Positions 1 through 12,620 of a DNA stretch of 64,000 bases are shown here, in pieces; within the stretch, counting starts at the first letter, position 1; every line of letters begins with the position of its first letter. The stretch is from Kudoa neothunni (taxonomy: Eukaryota; Animalia; Cnidaria), in contig OZ199838.1 in assembly GCA_964304625.1 (NCBI GenBank), forward strand, positions 5,281,145 through 5,345,144, read 5' to 3'. The position numbers and the translations under genes were made by a program. Under the pieces are notes generated by a model, which saw only the letters and a list, made by a program, of their open reading frames with translations, did not search any database and was not told the DNA's origin.

Positions 1-820
1 TGAGCGATTAGTTAAAAGTCATCATAGCCAACCAAGCTGCTTTAAAAATTGAAAAAACCGATTCCTTACTATCGAAACAAAAATGCCCGGACTACCACTG
101 AAATCTTTAACCAATATTTAATTCAACAAAACCAAAATTTCAACAACATAAATTTAAAAGTTTTTTTGTGGATAATGCAAGCTGTCACCTCTCTCCCCCA
201 CTAAGCCTTCCAACATGGCGATAGTGTTTTCCTCCAAAAACACAATTTCTGTACCGCAACCAATGAAACAAGGTGTAGATTCCATTTATCTAAGTCAATT
301 GATACAAAGATTAATTGATAAATATATATATAAAGCCGATTAATCTTTTGGCTATCTCAGTGTTGATAAAGAAACCTTGAGGAAATGTCAAGCCACCGAC
401 AATATCATGTTGGTTTAACAAGACTGACTTTATTTTTAAATATAATAATAATAATAATTAAATTCCTGATGATCCTTTCATAAAATTAATCATTATTGAC
501 CAGATTTGTAATGAGTTAATTTCAAAATAATCCTTTGATGAAAAAGATGGGACTGATCTATTAGAATCCATAATTGAAGAGGCATGGTTAGAGTGCGTCG
601 TAATGACACACAAGAAAATTCTGCGATTCTTTCTGAGTCATTATCAAAAGATGAAGAAGAATTTGAAAATATCTCTTACAATTCAAAAAACACATTAGGA
701 TGCTTTGAACATTTAAAACGTCATTTTTAACAATGTGATTCTCTTCACCAAATTGAATTAGAACTCTATAAGACTTTGGGAGAAAGTACAATTCAAACCA
801 AATTTCTAGATTATTTTAAT
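1..820 (+). mobile_element. Decayed pogo/Tigger transposase remnant (3' half; runs off the window start)
   Basis: Broken frames give QPSCFKN, FFVDNASCH, VPQPMKQG and terminal QTKFLDYF. These match the DDE_1 and C-terminal motifs of the neighbouring Tigger (KPRCFKN, FLDNATSH, LQPLDQG, QSKITDYF). Many stops and frameshifts. Confidence 0.75.
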
Positions 821-945
821 ATATCTATATAAATTTTAAATTATTAATAAACTCTCGTTTTTATTATGAATGCGCGTGCATTTCTACTTGCCAAATAGAC
901 AACGGTGTTGCCGCCTATTCGACGTTTTCCCATGGTAATAAAGTA

Positions 946-2966
946 CAGTCAGTGACCGGTTTTACGTACTTTTAAATATCGCATTTATTTTACAAGTTGT
1001 ATCATGAACAAATAAATAATATATTTACTAACACATTTATTTATAAATTTAAATGAAAAAACTTTATATGCACCTAAATTTTGCAATCAAAATATCACGT
1101 GATTTGCCAATTTTACGCACCTTTTCTGACCAAATTGGTTTATAGTTTTCATAAAAGTGACGTAAATGGCTAATAAAAATAAATCTAAGAATAGAACAAT
1201 TGAAGAGAAATATAAAATTATTAAATATTTTCATGGAATCACCTCAAGAGGTGCGAAGGTTGCTACTATAAAACATTTTAATATATCAACAATATCCACT
1301 CTTAATGGCATTTTAAAAAATGAAGAGAAAATTATAGAAATGTTTGAGGGGGGATTGGTTTGTAAAAATAGGAAAAATCTAAATGATGGCACCAATATTT
1401 CCCTCGATGAATGTGTCTATAATTGGATATGCTGGGTGCGATCAAAAAAAATTGAATTAACTGCCACCGACATCATTGATAAGAGAAACGAAATTGCCAG
1501 AGAAAAGAATTTACCATCAAATGCAACATACGGTTGGTTTCGATGTTTTAAATCGAGATTTAATCTCAAAAAAATAAATTTCCATGGCGAAGCGGCTGAC
1601 ATTGACCCATGTACAAGTTCTGAATGGCTTTCTCAACTTAAAAACTTATGTGAAGGATATATTGATGATTGTATCTATAATATAGATGAAACCGCGCTGT
1701 TTTATCAACAACAACGAGGTATATTTTTCCATTTGTCATACTTGCATATTTTATATAAGTAAAAGTTATGTAAGCTCCATAGAAAGTCATGCAAAGGGAA
1801 CAAGAAAGTCTAAAAAACGAATGACTGTTTTGTTGGGTGCATCGCTAAGCGGAGAAAAACTTGAACCTTTGGTTATTGGACCTAGTCGAAAGCCCAGATG
1901 CTTTAAAAATATAAATAGCCTTCCAGTTTTATATGAATCCAACAAGAAGTCTTGGATGACTAGTGAAATCTTCCTAAGATATCTAACTAAAATCAATTCT
2001 ATTTTCACGAAAAAAAATAAAAATGTTCTAATTTTTTTAGATAATGCAACCTCTCACCAAAAAAAACTATTCAGTAACATAAAGCTGATCTTTTTACCCA
2101 AAAATACCACTAGTTTATTGCAACCCCTAGATCAAGGGATTATTCACTCATTCAAATGTGCATATAAGAGGAAAATGATCAAAAAATATATTTCATGTAT
2201 TGAGGTGGGATTAGAACCAACTCCACCAACCATTTTAGATGCGATGATGTTGATTAAATAAGCGTGGGAATGTGTAAGCGTATCCACCATCATAAATTGC
2301 TTTCAAAAAGCTGGGTTTTCATCTCGACAACCGGTCCCTGTCAAAGCTAACAGCATTTTGATATCACCCGACAAAGAGTTTATTGAAATATGTGACATAA
2401 CTCATCCAAATATATTACAAGAAGAAATTGAGGATATGATTGCCGACGAAGCTTCAATAGAGAATATCAATATGGTCCAAACCCTATATTCTGAAAAATT
2501 CGATGAGTCTTCAGCTTTAGGTGATAAATTTTCGAGTTTATATATATTAACTTTATGTAGAGAGTGATGATTATAGTGATGATGAAGCGAATTGTGAAAA
2601 AATTGATATTTTGGAAAGAAATCCAATATCATGTCAGAAGGCTTTGATTTATTTGAAGGAGTTAAAAATATTCTACAAATTTCATAAAGATGATCGATCG
2701 GCCATCTTAGCTTCGTTAGAAGAAGATACAATCAACATAATTTCAAGGAACCTTACTCAATCAAAAATAACTGATTACTTCCATTTAAAAAATGATTAAA
2801 CATTATACTATCCCAAATTGGCGCATTCTAATTACGTTATTTAATAAACAATTGAATATTTTCATTCTGGCGCGCGCGCATAAAAGTACGTAAAACCGGA
2901 CGTGACCAATTTTACGCACTTTTTTCCATGGTCCCGAGGGGATTACGTAAAACCGGTCACTGACTG
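946..2966 (+). mobile_element. Full-length pogo/Tigger DNA transposon
   Basis: Perfect 23-bp TIRs (CAGTCAGTGACCGGTTTTACGTA at 946-968; reverse complement at 2944-2966), flanked by TA on both sides. Internal CENP-B-type transposase. Confidence 0.95.
1166..2799 (+). pseudogene. Tigger transposase (CENP-B HTH + DDE_1), intron-containing, inactivated
   Basis: Motifs GWFRCFKSR, IYNIDETALFY, KSKKRMTVLL, FLDNATSH, LQPLDQGII. In-frame TAA at 2259-2261 just before the conserved AW. Candidate introns 1719-1759 and 2521-2560. Confidence 0.9.
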
Positions 2967-3090
2967 TATTAAATAATACTAGTCCCCTAGCGTACCATTT
3001 TTTTCTCCAAATTTTTAATATATGCAAAATTATAACATGTTTTTATGAACTCTAATTTGACGAGCATGCGTCGATTTACCATCCGCTAAT

Positions 3091-3864
3091 ATGCAGTCCG
3101 AGAACCCTCAACCAACAAAACCTGGCATAGTTTATTTAAGCAATATTCCGCCTGGAATGAAACCAATATCAGTTAGGCAAATTTTGGGCCAATATGGGGA
3201 TATTGGTAGGGTGTATCTACAAGCTGAGGGTATGGATTCAATTGTATGTGTTTGAGATTGTTTAATTTTGTTTGTTAGATAACGAAAATTTTCGCGAGAG
3301 AAAACGCAAAAAGGGTTACGCATCACATCTCTATACCGAAGGATGGGTGGAATTTAAAGATAGAAAAGTGGCTCGATTGGTGTCTGAATTGTTGAACAAC
3401 AACGATATGGGTCGTAAAAAACGTGATAAATACGCTGGTTATCTATGGAATATCAAATATTTGCGAGGCTTCGCATGGACACAAATTCATCAACAATTAG
3501 CAGAAGAACAAGACGAGACACATCAACGTAAAAATATTGGCATATCTCAGGCGAAAAAAGAAGTCAAATTTTTAATGAAAAACTTTAAACGCTCGAAAAT
3601 CAATATGAAAAGGAAAAAGTCCGCGGCTCAAACAATTAAAAATGTAATTTTTTAGGTTTTTTCGTTTTAAAAATGTTTTAACAGGACCAAAATGGAACTG
3701 ATATAAAAGAACAATTTTCTAAAAAGTTTTCTCAAAAACCCGTCCACCATAAAACAACCAATGATACCAAAGAAACTGCTAGTTCTGCTTCCTCTGTATT
3801 AAAACAGGTTATTTTTTTCATCGTATTTCGTACGATTCATTTCTTGTTTTAGCTGTTTGGTTGA
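3091..3864 (+). CDS. ABT1: Activator of basal transcription 1 / Esf2 (RRM; pre-rRNA processing), 4 exons
   Basis: Spliced translation MQSENPQPTKPGIVYLSNIPPGM...GDIGRVYL|...YTEGWVEF...WNIKYLRGFAW. GT-AG introns at 3230-3278, ~3645-3683 and ~3808-3852. Confidence 0.92.
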
Positions 3865-4231
3865 CTCGATCTTGTATTATTGTAACGTGTATTGTAGTTA
3901 GCTGTTGATTTTTTCTAACATTTACGAATTTATTTGTATTTTTTAAAAATTCTTCTTTCTGAGTACATTGAAAATATTTAGGTTAGATTTGTAGAGAATA
4001 CATTAGTCAATATAGCTCTTCAACCCTTAAATCGTGTTCAAGTGTGAAGTTCTCCAAGACTAATATTAATCCTTTCACAAGGTTTTTAGTTTTGTGTAAA
4101 AATATACGATACCTTCTACTGTTATAAATTTACGAGTTTTAAAGTTTTCTTAATTTCAAAGATAGATTCTTATCCAGATTTTACCTTGAAATAATTCAGT
4201 TCGAAACGCGCGGGAGAGTAAAACACTATTA

Positions 4232-4656
4232 CAATGCAACCTCGGACTTCGACCATAACCCATTCTATAAGTGTATTCAAACTCCGATTAATTTTTTCCC
4301 TTGTAAAATAATGAAAATAAGTTTAGCCCTTTATCGCGTATCAAATAACTATTTTTATTCTTATTTATTAAAAAAACAGACATGCCTTGTATTCATAAAA
4401 TGTAACAAATAAATATTAAATACAATAATAAAAATGAAATATAGGACAAATATTTTTTGGTTGTCATACGATAAATTATAAAGGGTTCTCTTTCGATGAC
4501 GTTCGCAAATTTAATTGAGCAAATCTTTCTCTAAAATTTATTTTCTTCATTGTTTTTTTCTCCAACCGGATTTGTTCTGAACACCCTTTCTAAATGTGTT
4601 CGAACTCAAAAGTGTTTCTGACCCAAAATTTTTGATCGAATTCCGAGGTTGCACTG
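4232..4656. mobile_element. Tc1/pogo-type MITE
   Basis: Imperfect ~24-bp TIRs CA(A/G)TGCAACCTCGGA(C/A)TTCGA(C/T)CA with TA flanks. The left ~200 bp recur at 43141-43335. Confidence 0.85.
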
Positions 4657-6519
4657 TAGTTATTTTGGATGGATTAATTCTTAAACCAGATGTTTTATTA
4701 AATGAGACGTTATTTATTTTGGACAGCCGATTTTAAACGTTGGCGTTAAAAATGGGGAATAATGATCGCATATATGTTTAAAATACACGAAAATTTACAA
4801 AGATTAAGTAAAATAAAATTGAATAATTACAATGTTTCTTCTCAATAACTGTGTTGAAAATTGCAGTATTTTTTCTTAAGTAAATGCATAATAGCTGGTG
4901 TTCACGTAAGTGGGATTCTATAACAAGGGTGGAAAATTAGATTATTACGCGGGCCAGATTATCGAATTTTTCATAATCAGTGGAACGCATTATTACGAAG
5001 AAAATATACTTGACTAAATAGATCTGGAAAAGAATTTTTAAAAATACTTTAATATTAAAATAAACTAAATTGCATTTTAGCTAAAATTTAAATTATATTT
5101 GTTGAGCCTGCAGGGATATGTTGGCAAATAAGACAAATAGATTCTGATTTATTATTAACAACAAAATATATTTCGATCAGGTTTTTATTAAAAACAAAGC
5201 ATCAATTATCAATGTTCCGCCTTCCAGAACCCGTCGTAGGAGTGAATTAAACGTTAATCAATTTATAATTGCTTACGTAAATATAGAGATAGACGATATA
5301 AATATTTCCAACGTATTTCGTTTTATCACAAACAAATAGAAAAACTGACTTATTTTTCAATGGGTTTTTGTAAAAATTAATGAATTAGGTAGTTTGAAGA
5401 GGCGTAATTTCATTGTTTAGAGTAGGGCTAATCTGTCGATAATAAAGACCACTCCAAAAAATCAATAGCAAGGTTTCTTACAACGATTTTTTTTATTTTT
5501 TAGGTTGCGTAGTTTGTGGGCTAAAGTTTACTTTAGATCGCTGGTGCACAAACTTTTGGAGCCTGGGGTCAAATTTTAATCTTTGAAAACATTCAGGGGT
5601 CAGAAAATTTAAAACTAAAATTATAGCTCGCACTTTGGATAAATTTACTAATTTCGAAACGCCATATTCAAGATAATTCAAGATAATTCATAAATAATAA
5701 GTTTATTAAATGTTTTGAATTGAATATCGAATGAAATAGCAAAAAAATAATATTCGTCCTTGTTGAATAAAACAATATTTTCTGTCCAGCCGTCATTAAA
5801 TTTTCTATTCTCATCATAAACTTTTTTTCGAATTTCAGTCATTTCAGGTTGGAAACTAAATAAAAAAACCTAACTTAAAGATGAGATATACTTTGGGTGA
5901 GCAAAATAGTTGTGCGGACATACCTGACATGCCGTTTAAATTGCCCTGAAAAATGTACTAATTATCAGCTCTCACAGATGTTTATCCATTGTTTCAAAGT
6001 TTATTTTACGTTTTATTTTACAGAAAACTTTCATTTTTACACACAATGTAAATACCTTATTATTATGCATCGTTTATAACACGTATTTTAATTGTTAACC
6101 TTATTTTAACTCAACTTAAACTTCGGGTCAGCATTGTCAAGCGAATTTTTAAATCATAAATCAATCCAGTACCTGTATGATTTTCTCCTCCATACACAAA
6201 AAAAAAATAATTAAAATTGATACATGAACTTGGATTAAAATAACGTTTTCTCTATACAAAACGGTGAAATGATTGGTAACAATAAACTGCTGCGCATATT
6301 TAGAGATTTCTGTTGATGTTGCCTCCTTAAAGGTTCACATATAACAAAAACCTCAATAAATTTTTTTAGTAGCTTCATCATGTGTTTCCGATATATTCAA
6401 TATCTATATAAACCAATTGAAATTAAATAATCAAATGCCTTTTTCATTTCATTGAAAGTATACCATTAATCTGAATATAATTAGGGTTCATTGAGAGCCG
6501 GAATTTGTACACATTGCTT

Positions 6520-7515
6520 AGATCAATTTAATCCGGATTAATTTTCGTACGAGCGCAGTTTAGTCCTTTAATAAAAAAGAATGCTGACATTGATTATTTC
6601 TGTTGCATCTGCCGAGTTTATTGACATCGAAACAATAAAACTCTACTTCATAGATTTATTAGAATACGACAATCATTGTTTCGTACAAGTAGTGAGAAAA
6701 TTGAGGCTTCTAGACAGTAACCCACATTGTTGTAACGGACCTGTCTCTTTCAAGAAGTCAGCTAAGTGTTGGATATAATCATTGTTGCTCAATATACTAA
6801 AAAATCTGTTAGGATTGATAGTTTCTTTTAACGAGGTCATCTGAAGATATAAGAAATTTTAAAGGTCATATTCTTGTATTCGCACGATGTATCCTCACAA
6901 AAGTTTATTTTCAGTGAACTGGAACTCTCATCAAAAACCATAGTCGAATAAAAATGTTTCATCCGGTATGTCCACTCCAATTATGTTTTAGAAAATTCAA
7001 ACAAAACCTGAGGAATTGGAGTAGTCACCCAGATAGGCAATTCCTTACTTTGCAGAAGGAAATATAATGTTGGGATGTGATTTTGTCGAATCAAGATCAG
7101 CTGATTGTTAGTGGGATCTTGGAACGTAAAAATGTATTTAGGGAGACCACCACAATGAGAAATGAGGAGACATTTACAAATATTATACTTCGTTGAGTCG
7201 GGCAAGATTCCATTATTTGGTCAGATTGTCTTGATTAACATGGATATTTGCACTGTTTTGTAAACCATAGACAAGAATCTGTGAGCAGAGGCGTTGTAAA
7301 GACGAGTCGTATTGAAGCCACCCCGGGAGCACGCAAACGAAAATTTTGCTGTATTATAATTAAAAGGTCTAATTTGACGCCTAACTACCGTTTTAAAAAT
7401 ATATTTAAAAAAATTTGCGATCACATCTCTGCAGAAATCACATGTACAGACTTTAATCTCTTATGTTTTGTTATCTAAATTTGTATACGAAAATTAATCC
7501 GGATTAAACTGATCC
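6520..7515 (+). mobile_element. Decayed Merlin (ISXO2/IS1595-like) DNA transposon
   Basis: ~30-bp TIRs (A/G)GATCA(A/G)TTTAATCCGGATTAATTTTCGTA. Remnant peptides GIGVVTQIGNSLLCRRKYNVG and GYLHCFVNHRQ...TSRIEAT match Merlin motifs. Confidence 0.8.
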
Positions 7516-7628
7516 AAGGTAAACTTGGGCTAAGTCACAGTGTACGTGCCTGGTATCGGTTAACTTCACTGAATGTTCGTTGTCTCCGCCAATGTCTGCT
7601 TTTAAAACAATATTCACTTTAGAAAATA

Positions 7629-8509
7629 TTGATAACAAAAATGTTAGATTATGCATATTTTCGAGAGGATTTAACTTATACTATTAAATGTTTACAGAAT
7701 ATTGGTTCATTAAAGGGTATCTGCATTTGTTCTTGTGGTGGAAGTATGTACATAATTCTAAGAAATGATATTGGCGATGAATGCCAATATAAATTCGAAA
7801 AATGTTGCAAGCGATGTTCCTTAAGAATGGGGGCTATTTTTGAACAATCAAAAATTCCAATATGGAAATTTTTCCCTCTGATTGTTTGCATAATACGACA
7901 TCCCAATATGACATATGAAAGTCTCTGCAGTCCTTTGGATATCTCATCGTATTCTACAATATGTGATTGGAAGACCACGGTAAAAGATCTGATGGCTTCA
8001 GTATTGAATCAAGGATTTTCAAAAATTGGTGGGGGAGACATTGTGGTTCAAATCGATGAAACCACCATAACAAGGAGAAAATATGGTGTGGGGCGCATCC
8101 TTCGTAATCAACAATATTGGATGATTGGGGGAATAGACGAAAATTGTAAACGTTTTCTCAAGATATCTCAAGAAAGAAATCGCATAGTCCTAAAAGAAAT
8201 CATATGCGAGAATGTAGAGGAAGGTTCCATTATTTATACTGACGGTTGAGCGGACACAACCGCTTGGAAACATTAGGATTTACCCCCGGAACAGTTATTC
8301 TTAAGCGGCGCTTTTCTTCTGATGAAGGCGTTCATACGGATAAAACAGAGATGACATGGGGTGCTTTCAAAAGTAAATATAGGAACGCAACCAATAAAAA
8401 TCCAGACAGTCTTGCTGAGCACGTAGCCGATTTCTTGTATCGAAGAAAATATCCCGGAAAAGGAATTAGCATCTTTTGTAAATATATAACGAATTTATAT
8501 ACAGTTTAA
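7629..8509 (+). mobile_element. Merlin / ISXO2-like DDE transposase, frameshifted
   Basis: VVQIDETTITRRKYGVGR, WMIGGID, SIIYTDG, GVHTDKTEMTWG and an N-terminal Cys cluster. Frameshift at ~8246. Element ends not clearly resolved. Confidence 0.88.
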
Positions 8510-8969
8510 ATATTTTTCACGATTTTTAACGAGTGTAAATTTTTTTCGTAGAGCCCAAACACGTATATTGTAATTTAGCCAAATATTCTTGATTCGATTT
8601 ATCAATATTCGTGCCTAATATTTGTTTAAATGAACAAGAGAAAAAAAATTGCACCTCTATGGGGCTTTTTTTAATTTTTTTCGACAATAGTTTAGAAATG
8701 TTAAACGACAAATTAAACATTTTAATGAATTATAACATCATGATAAGCATTCAAAATTTGAACTAGCACCATTTTAAGGGGCGCAATTTATTTTTAGCAT
8801 AATTGTAACATATTTTATAAAATATCTTTGCTAACAAATAATTGTCCATAGTTTAAATATTCATATATATTTAAAAAGTTTGGAGATTAATTTAAATAAG
8901 TTATCGAAAGAATTATTGTCATTGCGTTTAACTATATATCTATGCCAGAAAAAATATATACACTAAAAC

Positions 8970-10944
8970 TAGGGTTTGCAATCTTCGACGTTTATTTTAT
9001 GAAAAAAAATAAAAATCGGGTTTTTTCGACATATATTTTAAGAATAAAGGAAAAATAAGTTTTTATCAGAGACTAAAAAACAAAGTTTTATAGAATAAAA
9101 ATAATTATTTTGAGTAACTACTAGTTAAAATAGAGATGGACCGTTAAAATGGAGCATCGAAACCATTGAAGCGCGTTCATTTGAGAGTTTCACTCGTTCT
9201 TTTCGAATTATATAATTTAATTTCGAAAAGCTTCGTTCTACAGCGATAGATGAAATGGGTAATGCCAACAAATCCAACGAAAGTTTTGACAGCAATGGGC
9301 AAATATTGGATTTTTCCTTCCAAAAGTCTGTAGTGATAGAAGGATGATTTGAATCCATAATTGCCTTACAAAGGAAATTGTATTCATCTTTAAGGATAAC
9401 TTTGTCTTTAACCCCTATTAAATAACAAAGATCATCAATATGTACATTTTCAATCGATAATGGCGTTGCTGGACCAATGCTTTTGATTGTTTTAAAGAGA
9501 GTGGCTGATGGAAAACAATCATTAATACTATTTGATATAAAATCATGGATTTTCTCGATGATGCTCCCGCGAAAAGATTCAATTTTATTGATAAGATTTG
9601 TTCTAATTTCAAATGGAAGAAGTCCAAGATTATCTTTGTGATCATTCAGAAAATTCTTCTTCATTCCAAAATCATTATTCATCCAGTCGAATATACTTGA
9701 AAAACAAAAATTATCGCTGGTTTCAATACGTTTCGAAAATTCAACCAGCGGCGTAAGTTCATCAATTAACACAGTGACAGAGAGAAATAAGACATTGATA
9801 TTCTCAGAATTAATTAGTAGAATTTCATTTAGACGTTTTCCAAATTCTAAGGGTTTAACTTCATTTAGAAAATCGACAACAGCTGGATAATATTCTTTTA
9901 TTTGCTTTAAGCAATTGTAAAAACTATACCAACGGATATCCATGACACGAGGAATTTCTTTGACATTTTCCAAATCGTTGTTCTTGAGATGAACCAGAAA
10001 TGTTCTCTTTGCATTTCTATTCTTTGGCAGAATAGATGAAAACTTCATGCAGAATTTTTTAATATCTAAGAAATATTCGTCAGTAGCTTTTTGGACAGCA
10101 AGATGGATAATATGAGAAAAGCATGGAATTCGAATAATATGTGGATACATTGCTTTCAAATCATTGATGAATTTTTTCATGTATGACGCTGAATCCGAAA
10201 TAATAGCGCAACAGTTATCCCATACCAAGTCGTAACGTTTCAGCACGTTTGATAATTGATTAGCAACAATAACAGGATTGCAATTTAAAATTCTGGATGA
10301 ACCTAACATAAATACCATTCTTTTATTTGAATGGTGATCGTAATAACAAGCCAACGTGTTGAAAACGGGTCTATTATTAAAGTCAGGCGATTCGTCAATT
10401 ATCAAACTGAAGCGAACATCTACCATTGCTAGTTTAATTGCGTCCATACTCCTCAAAAATATCGGGGAAATATGTTTATCGATAAGAACTCTTCCATCGG
10501 GCAATGATCGTGAAGCTGGGAAATATTTAAAAAGAAAATTCCTCAATGAACTATCTTTATTGATAGCTTGGAATGGAAGACCATCAAATAATACGATCTT
10601 TACTAGGTCCATTTCAATTTCGCTTGAGTTGGATCTATCACGGTGCAAAATATCTTTGATGGGGATAGTGTTTTTGAGATCCAACATGTTCTTGTATTCT
10701 GTTTTGTTTAAGGGATAAAACTAGCTTGCAATATTTGCATGACAACGAGTCTCCCGCAGCTTCCAAGTCGCTCCATTCAATTAAATAATCAGCCAACTCT
10801 CGACGTTTTCTCCCCATTTACAAGATTTTCAATTAAACAAAATCGGCTTTTTTCGATCGAAAAAAAATAAAAACTGGCACGTTTTTTCAACTTCGACGGT
10901 TTAAATCGACAGAAATCGATTTTAATCGAAAATTGCAAACCCTA
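8970..10944 (-). mobile_element. Full-length hAT transposon
   Basis: TIRs TAGGGTTTGCAAT(C/T)TTCGA. Perfect 8-bp TSD ACTAAAAC at 8962-8969 and 10945-10952. Confidence 0.95.
9125..10817 (-). CDS. hAT transposase; N-terminal C2H2/BED-like finger out of frame with the 520-aa catalytic ORF
   Basis: LIIDES, ISDSASYM, CFSHIIHL, IRWYS and dimerisation motif PISSIAVERSFS. An upstream short frame from ATG 10817 encodes MGRKRR...CKYCKLVLSLKQNRIQEHVGSQKH. Confidence 0.88.
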
Positions 10945-11099
10945 ACTAAAACTCAACCTATGGCGCCTCTATATTAAAGCTTCAGTTTTATATATTATTA
11001 GATATGAAGTACTTTTGAAAATGATAAGTTGACATCTTAATTGACGCGCAAGCTCGAAAAAATTGATCGATGTAAACATATTGATTGTACAGTTCTGCA

Positions 11100-11156
11100 G
11101 GTATACTACGCACTTTTTGGGACGGACCCGAGTGCGTAATAACCCTTCGCCACTGT
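11100..11156. mobile_element. Isolated pogo-like terminus
   Basis: TACGCACTTTTT...CCCGAG..CGTAA...CACTG resembles the right end of the Tigger at 2911-2966. Confidence 0.45.
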
Positions 11157-11651
11157 TGAAAGCCATTGTTTACCAATCAAAAAAAATAAGTTTTCAACGT
11201 ATGTTAGGGATAGCGCGGAATTTATAATTGGTTATGATTCAAACAAATATGATTTTTATTTAATTTTCATTTTCTCCCGCAATTGGATTATTTTTATTAC
11301 CAAAAAATTTGTTAAGCACTTTAATTGTTCGAATCGTTACAAGTAACCATTTTTAAGTAATATATTATTTTCAGGTCGAAAACATAAAATTTCGACATGA
11401 GAGAGTCAAATTAGAATATAAAAAATATGGTATCTTTATGTACACACGTTAATCAATATAAGTCTGGCCTTTAAAATATCTTAGGTGAAACTTGAAGTGT
11501 AATCTATCCAAAATAGACAAATTTTAAAGGAAACTTATTATTGTTTCTCAATACGAGAGTGAAACAACACAACAGAATGGATGAAACATCATGGGAGCCG
11601 TAACAGGCCCAACTTTGAGCTGAAGAGTTAATTGGAGATTTACTCGTGGAA

Positions 11652-12004
11652 GGGTTACTGCTCCTTTTTTCGGCACATGTTTATTTTGTTAATTCCTTCC
11701 ATAGTTCAAAATCCATACCAAAGAAAATCAAAATATTGATTAGCACACATATATTATATTAAATCAAAGATCTAAGGACAGAAATAAATTAATTACGTAA
11801 GAATATTTCATTAATGGCATTAAGTGAGTGGTTGAGCATAAACAGAAAAATATTTTGTAAACCATAAAATTATAGTATCTTTTGTTTATGTGAATCAATA
11901 CTGATTGACTATACCAAGATATATTTTCTTTTATAAGTAATTCGACCAATCAAACAAAGAGAAAGTCTTATTTTATCCGTGTACCGAAAAAGGAACAGTA
12001 ACCC
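11652..12004. mobile_element. MITE (Kolobok- or PIF-like termini)
   Basis: Inverted repeats GGGTTACTGCTCCTTTTTTCGGCAC / GTACCGAAAAAGGAACAGTAACCC. TTAA immediately follows the right end. Confidence 0.7.
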
Positions 12005-12221
12005 TTAATGGGCCAGCTTTATGTAATCCGATTAAAATTTACTATTGCAATTATTCAAATAAAAATTATGGTTACATCTATTTGAAAAAGAACTTTATTT
12101 TTAAATTCTTATAAAATATAATATACCATAATCAGTATTTGAAAGCGAATAACAATCCCAGGAAATAATATCAAAGATAGATTGATCAAAAAACTCGCGC
12201 AGCTCATACTATTTGGAACTG

Positions 12222-12608
12222 ATGGGCACGGAAAATCCCACGGAGTCTGTTGCAGTTGATGCTCTTATCAATTCGAAACAGAAAATATTCGCTGAACAAG
12301 AAAATAGACTCACCAAAGTTATTGAGCAACAAGAAGAATTAATTCAGTTGCTTGGAGATGGAAACAAAAAAGCTGACAAACTCTTATCCAATGACTTCTC
12401 ATCGAGCATTGAAAAATTTGATTTATATACAAAAAAACTAATAAAATTAAAGTCTGAAATGGATCGAGTCAACATGAGAGTGTCCAACATCAAAAAAAGA
12501 TTGTCCAAATTGGAAGACATTCGTTTGAAAGAACAACAAGATATTGACAATATTAAAAAATCACAACAAACTGTTTTCGACCATATCATTGCTAAGCCAC
12601 CGGAATAA
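12222..12608 (+). CDS. BLOC1S6: BLOC-1 subunit 6 (pallidin), single exon
   Basis: 128-aa coiled coil with YTKKLIKLKSEM...VSNIKKRLSKL and C-terminal IIAKP, matching the pallidin pattern. First ATG at 12222. Confidence 0.72.
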   Translation: MGTENPTESVAVDALINSKQKIFAEQENRLTKVIEQQEELIQLLGDGNKKADKLLSNDFSSSIEKFDLYTKKLIKLKSEMDRVNMRVSNIKKRLSKLEDIRLKEQQDIDNIKKSQQTVFDHIIAKPPE

Positions 12609-12620
12609 TTTTTCTAATTG

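Noticed and set aside
2259-2261. In-frame TAA in the Tigger transposase as evidence of stop-codon reassignment
   Set aside because: Host genes end in TAA, TAG and TGA and show no internal stops; an ordinary nonsense mutation explains it.
7629-8509. Bacterial IS1595 contamination or recent bacterial HGT
   Set aside because: Embedded among intron-containing genes and eukaryotic transposons, host-like composition, and consistent with the eukaryotic Merlin superfamily.
10356-10718. 120-aa plus-strand ORF
   Set aside because: Antisense shadow of the hAT transposase with no independent coding evidence.
11593-11670. Apparent Pol III small RNA or hammerhead-like hairpin (GGGAGCCGTAAC...GTTACTGCTCC-TTTTTT, internal CTGAAGA)
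   Set aside because: The 3' arm and T-run are the left TIR of the MITE at 11652-12004, and the hammerhead GAAA core is absent.
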